Shown one piece after another: positions 11,401-20,596 of a stretch of DNA of 64,000 bases. The stretch lies in sequence record SRR31156797_3824, one strand, 5' to 3'. Position 1 is the first letter of the stretch; the number at the start of each line of letters is the position of its first letter. Below the pieces are notes generated by a model that worked only from the letters and a program-made list of their open reading frames with translations, was not told the origin of the DNA and searched no databases. The position numbers were made by a program, and so were the translations under genes.

Positions 11401-11949
11401 GATTCAAAACCTGTTCAATTATCGGGCTGGCTAACGAAGCGTTTCCAGTCTGGTTTGGTTCGTTATCGAAGTGGGGCGATTCGTTCACAGGACTTATTGT
11501 CAGCTTGGATTGACCATCTCTCCCACGCAGCGATGGGATACTTTGTTCCCACCCATCTGGTGGGGTATGACCGTAAAGAAGGTGTCACCCATCAGGTGTT
11601 ACCTCCGGTTGAAAGCAGTGATATCGCTAAACAACTGCTTGATGAGCTGATTCGCTTGTTTTATCAGGGGATGACTTCGCCAATTGCTTATTTCCCGAAA
11701 ACAGCGTTAGCTTGTGTCGAAGCGGGCTTCAGTCGTGGTAAATGGGTGGATGATGAAGAGAAATCACTGAAAAAAATGGCGGATACTTTTAACGATGGCT
11801 TTGCCACGTTGGGTGAAGGTAACAATACCTATATTGCGCGCATCTGGCCTAATTGGAGTGAAGAGTTAGGTCTGCAAGTACGATTACTCACTACGCTAGT
11901 GTTACAAGCACCAAGATTGCAGCTGGTAGACAGCGAAGAGTTCAAGTAA
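8488..11949 (+). CDS. recC: exodeoxyribonuclease V gamma subunit
   Basis: MFTVYHSN, ILVQSPGMSQWL, GQVNFCTLMPMRSIPF; GTG start. Confidence 0.97.
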   Translation: MFTVYHSNKVDTLKILLVHLIKNAPLANPFEKEQILVQSPGMSQWLKMALAEELGIAANIEFPLPATFIWDMFTYVLPDVPKRSAFNKEAMTWKLMEILPNQLERDEFSPLKQYLKDDTDQSKLYQLAEKIADIFDGYLVYRPDWIDAWEAGESVDEIGDDHPWQPILWKALYDYTVNDQQQSHYHRANLYQKFIEAVVAGRVPLEKLPKRLFIFGISSLPPRYTDALKALGEHIDVHLMFTNPCQHYWGDIRDRKYLARIEAQRRKQLALDGQSIAITGEISPLKGELESNVIEDELHTDQAVGNSLLASMGKLGRDNLYLLAQSENEEHELFIDIPRDNLLRQLQADVLHLEEHQNDHLLETSTHKPAIAHNDRSLTLHACHSPMREVEVLHDELLAMFDRDPQLKPRDVIVMVADINAYSPYIQAVFGNAPGERFIPYSISDRTANQESPILNAFMQLVALPQSRCLASELLELLETPAMMNRFDIDESEFETAKRWVEESGIRWGLDATTAQEFDLPKNEQNTWQFGINRMLLGYAMPASVTLFEQGESVLAPYNEVQGMSAELAGKLAHFIEMVSHYRRALTQIQSVDSWRESLNSLLDDFFLVDLDGEMALKSIRDTLVALKEQLQDAGYEQDIAPAIIFEYLNNKLSGTRVSQRFLAGQVNFCTLMPMRSIPFKTVCLLGMNDGVYPRSMPPEGFDLMNGRTRRGDRSRRDDDRYLFLEALLSAQQTLYISFVGRSIQDNTERVPSVLVSELLEYCEQNYCLNGDEALPSDDSGKKLVKQITTIHSMVPFSPNNFVDLNASYAKEWLPAALRQGQASGEFNLPLDDYLLDATYPLDLDLVELQRFWRLPVQYFFNRRLKVFFEPPLPVMDDEEPFALDGLSSYQLRDNLLEVLQNADLQADKQATLNQFIQQQRAQGKLPVGAFGELEFEVNRAQTEDVLDKIHFLCQKPLDDLEVSLMTTILGDSKPVQLSGWLTKRFQSGLVRYRSGAIRSQDLLSAWIDHLSHAAMGYFVPTHLVGYDRKEGVTHQVLPPVESSDIAKQLLDELIRLFYQGMTSPIAYFPKTALACVEAGFSRGKWVDDEEKSLKKMADTFNDGFATLGEGNNTYIARIWPNWSEELGLQVRLLTTLVLQAPRLQLVDSEEFK

Positions 11950-12254
11950 TGAAACAACGAGTTAAGAGAGTACAAGCGAGAAAGGGAATAAGTGGCCGCC
12001 AGAAAATCATTATTGGTGTAGGGCGTTCGCTGTACGGCCACAGGTCAGAGGGACCATAAATCTGTTTTAATGCAAACGGTTAAAAAGCAGGCAGCGCTTG
12101 CATTAAGTGGGTGCAGTGTAATGTTCCACTATGGTGCATTCTGTGAAGGTGATCGCATAACGTTTTGTTTTATCTTCCCCATAGGCATTAGCAGATGAAT
12201 TTTTCAAACAGGATCACATTTATCCGGTGATCGAACAGAGGGTTTCACAAATAC

Positions 12255-15200
12255 ATGAGTGATAGTTCGGCTATTGAAGCAACGCCACTGAATCCGATGA
12301 GTTTTCCTCTCCATGGAGCTCGTTTAATTGAGGCGTCTGCTGGTACGGGTAAAACATTCACCATTGCAGCATTGTATCTACGTTTGCTGTTGGGACATGG
12401 AAGCGCTGATGCTCGTCATCAGGAGCCCCTCACTGTTGATAAAATTCTGGTTGTGACCTTTACGGAGGCGGCGACAGCGGAACTACGTGACCGTATTCGG
12501 GCCAGAATTCACGATGCCAGATTGGCTTTTTCTCGTGGATTCAGTGACGACCCTGTTATTCAACCTCTGCTAGATGATTTCTCTGATCATGGTTTAGCGG
12601 CTAAATTACTTCTGAGCGCAGAAAGGCAGATGGATGAAGCGGCCGTTTATACCATTCACGGTTTCTGCCAAAGAATGCTGACCCAGAATGCGTTTGAATC
12701 TGGCAGCCGTTTTAACAATGAGTTTGTTACTGACGAAAGCCACCTCAAAGCTCAGGTTGTAGCAGATTATTGGCGTCGCCAGTTTTATCCATTACCCCTT
12801 AATTTGGCGGCTGAAGTTCGTCGCTTATGGGCATCACCTGCAGCATTGCTTGATAAGATAGGTGGTTACTTAACGGGGATGCCGTTGTCGCTGACCACAC
12901 CGATGATGGACAGTGATCTTGCCGCTTTATATGAAAAAAACATTAAGCGAATCGATGACCTGAAATCTTTGTGGCGAGAAGCTGCACAAGATATTCACGA
13001 TATTATCGCTCAATCAGATGTCAACAAACGCAGCTATACCAAGAAGTCTCTGCCGGATTGGATTGAAGCGGTAACCCACTGGGCTAACTCTCCGACAACC
13101 GGATATGAATATCCGGACAAACTCGAGCGTTTTGCTCAAGATGTATTAATTGATAAAACCCCGAGCGGCAACGCGCCTCAGCATGATGTTTTTTCTGCGA
13201 TAGAAGCGTTTTTGGCATCGCCGGTGAATATTGAAGCGCCGTTAATGGCTCACGCGATCCATCATTGTCGAACTCTGTTAGCAAAAGCAAAAGCAAGTAA
13301 ACAGTGGCTTTCGTTCGACGACCTGTTAACCCAACTCTCTGCTTCGTTGGACAGTGATGAACAAGGTCTACTGGCCCAACGTATTCGCAGCTTATATCCC
13401 GTTGCGATGATCGATGAATTTCAGGATACCGACCCACTGCAATACAGCATCTTCAGCCAAATCTATTTAGATAATCCAGAATGCGGCTTATTTATGATTG
13501 GTGATCCTAAACAGGCGATTTATGCGTTCCGAGGTGCAGACATATTCACTTATATCAAAGCCAGAAATCAGGTTGCTGCGCATTACACCTTAGGGACAAA
13601 CTGGCGTTCGAGTGCGGATATGGTTAATGCGGTTAATCAGGTGTTTGAGTTGCCTGAAAGTCCGTTTATTTATGATTCTGACATCCCATTCTTGCCAGTG
13701 AAACCTAACCCTACTGCCGCCAACAAAGAGTGGCTGTTGAATGGCATCAAACAGCCTGCAATGACTTATTGGTTACAGGAAGCCGATGATAAACCTGTGA
13801 CAAAAGGCAGCTATCTGGAAGTGATGTCGCACGCGACGGCCAGCCAGATTCAGACCATTCTCACGGCGGCTCAAACGGGGCAGGCTAGCTTTAGTTCTGG
13901 TAAACCAATTAGTCTTGGTAAATCAACTAGCAACGGTAAATCAATTCAGGCTGGAGACATTGCCGTTCTGGTTCGCACCGGTAATGAAGGTCGAATGATC
14001 AAAGAGGCTCTCGCTGCTCAGGGGATTGCGAGTGTCTACTTGTCGAACCGAGACAGCGTGTTCACCAGTAATATCGCTCAGGATATCCAACGCCTGTTAC
14101 AAGCAGTATTAACCCCAGAGAATGAAAGAGCCTTACGAGCGGCTTTGGCTTCGCCTTTGTTTGCGCTTAACTCACACCAGTTGGATGCACTCAATAACGA
14201 TGAGAATGAGTGGGAAAACGCGGTAAACGAATTTAAGCAGTATCGACAGCTTTGGACCGAACGTGGCGTATTACCAATGTTGCGTTCTGTGCTGAGTCTG
14301 CGACACATCGCTGAGCGCTGGTTAGAAGAGAACGAAGGCGAGCGCAATTTAACCGATTTCATGCATATCAGTGAATTGCTGCAACAAGCAACGCAAGATA
14401 TCGATAGTGACCATGGTTTGTTACGTTGGCTGGCGCAGTCTATCAGTGATGCTGAGCAAGGCATGGGAGCGAATGATGATGCTATTCAGCGTTTAGAATC
14501 GGAACGTAATCTGGTCCAAATCGTCACCATTCATAAGTCCAAAGGCCTGGAATATGATCTTGTATTCCTGCCGTTTGTGGTCAGTTACCGTGAAGCGAGT
14601 GAAGGGAAATATTACGACACATCCAGTGGGCAGACTTTATTAGATATTACCGGTGACAAACAGGCACTTCAGCAAGCTGATAAAGAACGTTTAGCAGAAG
14701 ACTTACGTTTGATTTATGTCGCGTTAACCCGTTCGGTCTATGGCTGCTTTATTGGTGTTGCTCCGTTACGCAACGGTCGTTCAACCAAGGAGCCGACAGG
14801 GGTTCACAATAGTGCGATTGGCTACTTGCTGCAAAATGGTGAGCAAGGCGGTATCGATCTGTTGACTCAATCTGTGGCGAAGCATGCAAATAAGCTTTCG
14901 TCAGTTGTTGTGGTATCGCCTCCTGAATTGCCCGATACAGTATTCACCCCAGTGGAACAAGAGAATCCTGAGCTTGCTGCAAATCAGTTGAAAGCGGAGA
15001 TCGATCGTTTCTGGCGCATCACCAGTTATTCTGGTCTGGTTAAACAAGGTTCTCATCACAATGACCATGATGCGACGATAGAAATTGGCGGCTTTGATGT
15101 CGACTCTGCTGATGAGCATGATGAACTTGCAGTGGTGGACGTTGAAAAGAATATCTTCAATTTCCCACGAGGTGCACGTCCGGGCACATTCTTACACACC

Positions 15201-15911
15201 GTGTTTGAAGAAGTGGAATTTACCCAGCCGGCTACCAGTGAACACAATACTCAAATCATCTCTGAACTGCTTGAACTTGAACAGTTAGAGAGCGATTGGC
15301 TTCCTGTGATCCAAAAGCTGGTGGATGATGTTTTGGCAACGCCTTTGGATGGCAAGCAGCTAGTTCTAAATCAGAAAAATAGTCATCAGCGTTTGGTTGA
15401 AATGGAGTTTTTGCTACCGATTGAAGTGCTTAATGCGCCTAGTTTAAATCGTGTCGTTCAACGTCATGATCCTTTGTCAGCTAAAGCGGGAGATCTCGGT
15501 TTTTATACGGTACAAGGAATGCTGAAAGGGTTTATCGATTTAGTGTTTGAGCATGAGGGCAAATATTATGTTCTTGACTGGAAATCCAATCATCTTGGCG
15601 ATCAGGTAGAAGCGTATCATGGTGAGCGATTGAAAAGTGCGATGGCTGAACACAGATACGATTTGCAGTACCAATTGTATGCCCTAGCGCTACATCGTTT
15701 TCTCACAAGCCGCATTGCAGAATATGACTACGACCAACATTTTGGTGGTGTTTATTATCTGTTTTTGCGTGGTATTGATGGTGAGGCGCAGCATGGTATT
15801 TTCAACGCTAAACCAAGTCGTCAAATGCTAGAAGAGTTGGATTTATTGATACAGGGAAAAGAGCCTGACGAACGTACCACCTCTAATGGGCAGATGGAGT
15901 TAGGTTTATGA
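12255..15911 (+). CDS. recB: exodeoxyribonuclease V beta subunit
   Basis: LIEASAGTGKT, IDEFQDTD, TIHKSKGLE and nuclease motif GFIDL..LDWKSN. Confidence 0.98.
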   Translation: MSDSSAIEATPLNPMSFPLHGARLIEASAGTGKTFTIAALYLRLLLGHGSADARHQEPLTVDKILVVTFTEAATAELRDRIRARIHDARLAFSRGFSDDPVIQPLLDDFSDHGLAAKLLLSAERQMDEAAVYTIHGFCQRMLTQNAFESGSRFNNEFVTDESHLKAQVVADYWRRQFYPLPLNLAAEVRRLWASPAALLDKIGGYLTGMPLSLTTPMMDSDLAALYEKNIKRIDDLKSLWREAAQDIHDIIAQSDVNKRSYTKKSLPDWIEAVTHWANSPTTGYEYPDKLERFAQDVLIDKTPSGNAPQHDVFSAIEAFLASPVNIEAPLMAHAIHHCRTLLAKAKASKQWLSFDDLLTQLSASLDSDEQGLLAQRIRSLYPVAMIDEFQDTDPLQYSIFSQIYLDNPECGLFMIGDPKQAIYAFRGADIFTYIKARNQVAAHYTLGTNWRSSADMVNAVNQVFELPESPFIYDSDIPFLPVKPNPTAANKEWLLNGIKQPAMTYWLQEADDKPVTKGSYLEVMSHATASQIQTILTAAQTGQASFSSGKPISLGKSTSNGKSIQAGDIAVLVRTGNEGRMIKEALAAQGIASVYLSNRDSVFTSNIAQDIQRLLQAVLTPENERALRAALASPLFALNSHQLDALNNDENEWENAVNEFKQYRQLWTERGVLPMLRSVLSLRHIAERWLEENEGERNLTDFMHISELLQQATQDIDSDHGLLRWLAQSISDAEQGMGANDDAIQRLESERNLVQIVTIHKSKGLEYDLVFLPFVVSYREASEGKYYDTSSGQTLLDITGDKQALQQADKERLAEDLRLIYVALTRSVYGCFIGVAPLRNGRSTKEPTGVHNSAIGYLLQNGEQGGIDLLTQSVAKHANKLSSVVVVSPPELPDTVFTPVEQENPELAANQLKAEIDRFWRITSYSGLVKQGSHHNDHDATIEIGGFDVDSADEHDELAVVDVEKNIFNFPRGARPGTFLHTVFEEVEFTQPATSEHNTQIISELLELEQLESDWLPVIQKLVDDVLATPLDGKQLVLNQKNSHQRLVEMEFLLPIEVLNAPSLNRVVQRHDPLSAKAGDLGFYTVQGMLKGFIDLVFEHEGKYYVLDWKSNHLGDQVEAYHGERLKSAMAEHRYDLQYQLYALALHRFLTSRIAEYDYDQHFGGVYYLFLRGIDGEAQHGIFNAKPSRQMLEELDLLIQGKEPDERTTSNGQMELGL
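13893..13946 (+). repeat. degenerate in-frame tandem repeat, 3 x 18 nt, inside recB
   Basis: AGTTCTGGTAAACCAATT / AGTCTTGGTAAATCAACT / AGCAACGGTAAATCAATT. Confidence 0.8.
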
Positions 15912-18031
15912 GTTCTCCGATTTTACAAACACTCGCTCTGCTAGCGAAGCAAGGCAGTATTCGTCAGTTAGATTATCAGTTTACAAGGTTCATTTTCTCT
16001 TCGGATAACCATGAAGGGCTAAGTGAGCAAGAGCTCGAAACGTTGTTGTTGTTGGCTGCATCCGTCAGTGCAGAATTAGGTCGCGGTAATATCTGTTTGG
16101 CGCTGTTTGATCAACAAGGTAATCGAACCGATTTATCGTCTAAGTTAGGCGTCTTCGGAGAAGCGGCTTTAGAGCTGAATCGATACTGGATCGACACGGA
16201 TTGGCTTGAAGTATTAAAGCGTTCAAAGCTGGTGGGTAACCAAGGTGAAGCTGTGCCATTTATTTGTGATGGACAAAGACTGTACCTGCATCGTTACTGG
16301 CAATATGAACTGACGTTGGCCAGACGTTTACACAGCTTTGGGACACCCATGATCTTAAAGCCTACTGATGTCCAAATACTCAGGCAGCGACTCGATATCT
16401 TGTTTGAAAGAGACTATCAGTATCTATTTAATGCTTTGAAAAATAAGCCACAATCTCAGGTAGTTCGTCAGCAGTTGGTTTGTGATTTCTTGGATGTGGT
16501 TAATGAACAAGCGCTCGACTGGGATGCGATTGATTTGGTATTAACTCAGGCGCAGCGAGTGCAGGATCTTCAGCCGCTGGAAAATCTCGTCGAACAAAAG
16601 TACTGTCTGAACTGGCAAAAAGTAGCGGCTGCGATTGCGTTAACCAGACGTTTTGCTGTGATTTCTGGTGGACCGGGAACAGGTAAAACCACAACCGTCA
16701 CCAAGCTGCTCGCCGCACTGGTGAGTCAGTCCCAGCAGCAGGGAGAAACACCGAATATTAAGCTGGTGGCTCCAACGGGTAAGGCAGCCGCGCGTCTTAC
16801 TGAATCTATCGGTAAAGCCGTAGACAGTTTGGCGGTTGAACCAGAGGTCAAAGCGAACATACCAACCTCTTCCAGCACCATTCACCGACTTCTCGGTGCG
16901 ATGCCTGGCAGTGCTGAGTTTCGCCACAATGCTAAAAACCTACTCCATTTGGATGTATTAGTGGTGGATGAAGCTTCAATGGTTGATTTGCCTATGATGG
17001 TCAAATTGGTTGATGCCCTGCCTCCTCATGCACGCTTGATACTTTTAGGGGATAAAGACCAGTTAGCGTCCGTAGAAGCGGGAGCCGTACTTGGCGATAT
17101 ATGTTCATTTCTGAACGAGGGTTATAGCGTCGCTCAAGGTAAACTTCTGTCGGAATTAACAGGGTATCAATCTCTCGCTCAACAAGTGATTCAATCCAGT
17201 TCTGTTATTACCGATAGCCTTTGTATGCTGCAGAAGAGTTATCGATTTGATGCTCGCTCGGGCATTGGTCAGCTAGCTAAAGCGATAAATAGCGGTAAAG
17301 TTTCTTTAGTTGATAAAGTGTGGCAACAAGACTTTGCGGATATTCGCCACTTTGAACTGTCTAGTGAACATTACAATCATATGATCAAATCTCTGGTTGA
17401 GTCTTATTCGCTCTATTTGCAACGTTCAAATCAGAGATATAAAAATGATCAATCTGACCCTGAATCAATGGCAGAAAAAGCGAAAGCCGTTTTAGGCGCA
17501 TTTGGCCAAAGCCGTTTACTGTGTGCCATAAGAGAAGGCGACTTTGGTGTTTCGGGATTAAATCACCGTATTGAAAGAGCTTTAGCGGCTCGCAACTTAA
17601 TAAAAACTCAGCAGGAAATGTGGTACCACGGACGACCGGTGATGGTGACATTGAATGATCATGCTTTGGGCTTATACAACGGTGATATTGGGATCTGTAT
17701 GCGTGACGAGGAAGACCCAGACGAAAGGTTAAAGGTCTACTTTGAGCTACCCGATGGTAGTGTGAAAGCGGTAATCCCAAGCCGTGTCCCACAGCATGAA
17801 ACGGCTTATGTAATGACGATTCATAAATCACAAGGTAGTGAGTTTGATTTTACGCTCATGATTTTGCCACCAGAGTACAGCCCCATTATTACCAGAGAAT
17901 TGATATATACAGGAATCACACGAGCGAAATCTAAGTTGGCTATGTATTGTGATGTCAGAGTGTTAAAACGAGGAATTCAGTTTAAGACGGAAAGAGCGAG
18001 TGGATTGGTGGAGCGGCTGAAAGGGGAATGA
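15908..18031 (+). CDS. recD: exodeoxyribonuclease V alpha subunit
   Basis: ISGGPGTGKTT, VVDEASMVD, TIHKSQGSEF; overlaps recB stop. Confidence 0.97.
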   Translation: MSSPILQTLALLAKQGSIRQLDYQFTRFIFSSDNHEGLSEQELETLLLLAASVSAELGRGNICLALFDQQGNRTDLSSKLGVFGEAALELNRYWIDTDWLEVLKRSKLVGNQGEAVPFICDGQRLYLHRYWQYELTLARRLHSFGTPMILKPTDVQILRQRLDILFERDYQYLFNALKNKPQSQVVRQQLVCDFLDVVNEQALDWDAIDLVLTQAQRVQDLQPLENLVEQKYCLNWQKVAAAIALTRRFAVISGGPGTGKTTTVTKLLAALVSQSQQQGETPNIKLVAPTGKAAARLTESIGKAVDSLAVEPEVKANIPTSSSTIHRLLGAMPGSAEFRHNAKNLLHLDVLVVDEASMVDLPMMVKLVDALPPHARLILLGDKDQLASVEAGAVLGDICSFLNEGYSVAQGKLLSELTGYQSLAQQVIQSSSVITDSLCMLQKSYRFDARSGIGQLAKAINSGKVSLVDKVWQQDFADIRHFELSSEHYNHMIKSLVESYSLYLQRSNQRYKNDQSDPESMAEKAKAVLGAFGQSRLLCAIREGDFGVSGLNHRIERALAARNLIKTQQEMWYHGRPVMVTLNDHALGLYNGDIGICMRDEEDPDERLKVYFELPDGSVKAVIPSRVPQHETAYVMTIHKSQGSEFDFTLMILPPEYSPIITRELIYTGITRAKSKLAMYCDVRVLKRGIQFKTERASGLVERLKGE

Positions 18032-18063
18032 AACCACCATCCATGGTGACTTATCTAATGGTA

Positions 18064-18243
18064 TTAATTCATCGCATTCGAAAAGGTGATGCTTTGAATT
18101 CTGTATCGTGACTGTGAGCCCAAGATGAAGTTCTTGAGGTAGTCACTCACTGGAAAAACGCAGTGGACGTTTAACCCTTCAAGGAAATTGTGATCAGCCA
18201 TATCCCAGAAGCTTTGTAGCGAGTTACAAACGACGGTTTTCAT
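18064..18243 (-). CDS. small hypothetical protein, 59 aa (not in ORF track)
   Basis: ATG..TAA encoding MKTVVCNSLQSFWDMADHNFLEGLNVHCVFPVSDYLKNFILGSQSRYRIQSITFSNAMN; AAGAG upstream; lies in a 540-bp gap. Confidence 0.7.
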   Translation of the reverse strand: MKTVVCNSLQSFWDMADHNFLEGLNVHCVFPVSDYLKNFILGSQSRYRIQSITFSNAMN

Positions 18244-18341
18244 AGATTACGTTGCTCTTAAATGATGTTATTTATCGTTTAAGCGTTCCGTGCGGTACCT
18301 AAGTTAAGCCTTTAGGTTGAATCCAATTCATAAACCAATAA

Positions 18342-18357
18342 GGTGATCTGTGTCACT
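18342..18357. promoter_or_regulatory. CRP-like site upstream of the 59-aa gene
   Basis: GGTGA-TCTGTG-TCACT versus TGTGA-N6-TCACA. Confidence 0.5.
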
Positions 18358-18527
18358 GTTGGCGAGATTTTACACAGTCCTTAGTTGGTTGAAAAGTATT
18401 CAATTAACCAATCTCTAAAATACGAACAAAAATACTGACTATTCAATTAATAGTAGATGGAAATATTGTTAAGCTAACTATTGAATTTGGTGATACTTCT
18501 ATTAAATGCTTGAATTAGAGAGTGATT

Positions 18528-18554
18528 AGGCATTGAGGCTTGACCTCAATGCCT
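18528..18554 (-). terminator. hairpin downstream of argA (probable terminator)
   Basis: AGGCATTGAGG-CTTGA-CCTCAATGCCT; no clear U-tail. Confidence 0.55.
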
Positions 18555-18573
18555 TGATTTAAATGGTGAAAAT

Positions 18574-19911
18574 TTAGAGTTTTAAAAACAGTATCTTTGA
18601 ACGGCGTTGGTAGTTATACAGTTTTTGTTTTGAAATCGGCAGTGAATCGACACCAGACTCCATAAAACCTTGCTCTCTAAACCAGTGCAAACTGTGGGTG
18701 GTTAACACAAATAAGCGTTGAATGTTCATGATTTTCGCTTGCTGCTTCATGTGTCTTAATAACACTGCACCACGGTTACCATCTCTGTAGTCGTTGTGAA
18801 TAGCGACACAAGCCATTTCTGCCATGTTCTCTTCCGGATACGGATAAAGTGCTGCGCAGCCAATGATGAGTCCATCTTTTTCAATAATGGTGAACTTGTG
18901 AACTTCTTGTTCCAGTTGTTCCCTAGAACGCCTCACCAGAATACCTTGTTCTTCTAATGGGCGGATGAGATCGAAAATACCGCCAATGTCATCGATCTGA
19001 GCCTGCCTTACTTGCTCTGTATTGGCGGTAACAATTTGAGTACCGATACCATCGAAAGAGAACAGTTCCTGAATTAAAGCGCCATCTTCTTTATAACTCA
19101 CAAGGTGGCTTCTTGGTACACCAGCCCGGCAAGCGGTAACAGCGGCACGCAGAAAACGCAAAGTCCCCGTGGTGTCATCGGTATCATGGGCGGAATCAGA
19201 TTCCAGGCTTACCAGCAGTTCGTCGACTTCGGCAGGGTAAAGCTCAGCAATTGAATTACCTTTACTATCGATAATCCCTTGCTCAGAACAGAATCCAATC
19301 AGTTTTTCAGCCTTTAATCGTATCGCTACCTGAGTGGCGACTTCTTCTGATAACAGGTTAAAACATTCGCCCGTGACAGAGCTAGCAATTGGACCTAGCA
19401 GTACGATAGAGCCTTGATCGAGAGTGCGGTTAATGCCATCAATATCGATTCTGCGGATTTTACCACTGTGGCAATAATCCACACCATCATCTATACCTAG
19501 AGGTTGAGAGATAACGAAATTACCACTGACGACATTTAATTGCGTACCGGCCATCGGGGTGTTGTTTAAGCTCATAGAAAGGCGAGCGGTAATAGCCAGT
19601 TGCAGTTGACCTGCCGCTTGCATGACTAAGCCTAAAGTTTCCTCGTCAGTAACGCGAATTCCTTTGTGGTAAGGCGTTGTGCGATTGTTTGTCTCTAAAA
19701 TCTGATTTATCTGTGGGCGCGCGCCGTGAACTAGCACTATCTTGACTCCAAGACTGTGCAGCAGAGCTAGGTCACTAATAATATTGGCAAAGTTTTTATC
19801 AGCAATCGCTTCTCCACCCACCATAACAACCATAGTTTTTCCACGGTGGGCATTAACATAAGGAGCGGATTGTCTGAAGCCTTTAACAAGAGCTGTACTA
19901 CGAATTTTCAC
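18574..19911 (-). CDS. argA: amino-acid N-acetyltransferase (N-acetylglutamate synthase)
   Basis: [16 protein letters not shown] kinase-like domain plus C-terminal GNAT; upstream ARG box. Confidence 0.97.
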   Translation of the reverse strand: MKIRSTALVKGFRQSAPYVNAHRGKTMVVMVGGEAIADKNFANIISDLALLHSLGVKIVLVHGARPQINQILETNNRTTPYHKGIRVTDEETLGLVMQAAGQLQLAITARLSMSLNNTPMAGTQLNVVSGNFVISQPLGIDDGVDYCHSGKIRRIDIDGINRTLDQGSIVLLGPIASSVTGECFNLLSEEVATQVAIRLKAEKLIGFCSEQGIIDSKGNSIAELYPAEVDELLVSLESDSAHDTDDTTGTLRFLRAAVTACRAGVPRSHLVSYKEDGALIQELFSFDGIGTQIVTANTEQVRQAQIDDIGGIFDLIRPLEEQGILVRRSREQLEQEVHKFTIIEKDGLIIGCAALYPYPEENMAEMACVAIHNDYRDGNRGAVLLRHMKQQAKIMNIQRLFVLTTHSLHWFREQGFMESGVDSLPISKQKLYNYQRRSKILFLKL

Positions 19912-19935
19912 TGATGGTCACTCAAACTAGGTATG

Positions 19936-19974
19936 GTTGTTTAAATATGTTGAAATAATGACTTTTTATTCAGT
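19936..19974. promoter_or_regulatory. tandem ARG boxes (ArgR operator)
   Basis: AATGACTTTTTATTCAGT (19957-19974) plus weaker GTTGTTTAAATATGTTGA 3 bp away, upstream of argA. Confidence 0.65.
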
Positions 19975-20065
19975 TATGAGCAAGTAATTTTTAGTAGTTA
20001 GTAATATATTTATCTGTTGTTACACCGTTGTGACGGGAGTAGGCAGTGATCTAAGCAGGAATAGA

Positions 20066-20494
20066 ATGGCGAAAATTGCAATTTTAAATCGAGACAATAT
20101 GGCGAACAGTTCCCCTTCGGGAAGAAATAGAAAAGTATTGGAACGTACTCTTATTGTTCTAGCAGTGGTAGGAACCATTTGGGCCGCGTTTCTTTATGGT
20201 GATGTTATTGGTCGAATCAAACAAACGCTCGTTCCCAAAGAAACGGTTTACGGAGTTTGGGTTGAGCAGAATGTCGCCGCATATTCCACCAGAAGGTTAG
20301 AGATTGGTCCGGATGGCATCATGATGGAAGGGCGAGTTTATACCACTAGATTTGATTATGATGGACGCTATTTGGAGTTTTCTGTCGCTGGGCAAGATTA
20401 CAAGTTCAAAATGATGAATGAAGAAAACACCGAGATGAAGCAAATTTCTAGCTCACCTTATAACCCGATTTTTCATTTAGCTGAAAAATATTAA
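20066..20494 (+). CDS. single-pass membrane hypothetical protein (DUF2850-like)
   Basis: One TM helix, then VYGVWVEQNVA; start taken at ATG 20066 after AGGA. Confidence 0.7.
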   Translation: MAKIAILNRDNMANSSPSGRNRKVLERTLIVLAVVGTIWAAFLYGDVIGRIKQTLVPKETVYGVWVEQNVAAYSTRRLEIGPDGIMMEGRVYTTRFDYDGRYLEFSVAGQDYKFKMMNEENTEMKQISSSPYNPIFHLAEKY

Positions 20495-20596
20495 GTTTCT
20501 CGCAAAAAATTTAACAATTTGGCAATTGCGCTTGATCCGTTAGTTTGTCATTCTTTCGGTCGACTTGGACTTATAGCCATAATAGTGGATGACTCA

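Noticed and set aside
11829..12041. 70-aa minus-strand ORF over the recC end
   Set aside because: Overlaps recC antisense, with no RBS or recognisable features.
11950..12254. sigma54 promoter or Qrr-type sRNA in the recC-recB spacer
   Set aside because: No correctly spaced GG-N10-GC element, no Qrr core sequence and no terminator found.
15908..18031. RecD about 100 aa longer than the E. coli protein
   Set aside because: Believed typical of Vibrio RecD; all helicase motifs intact, with no sign of an intein or fusion.
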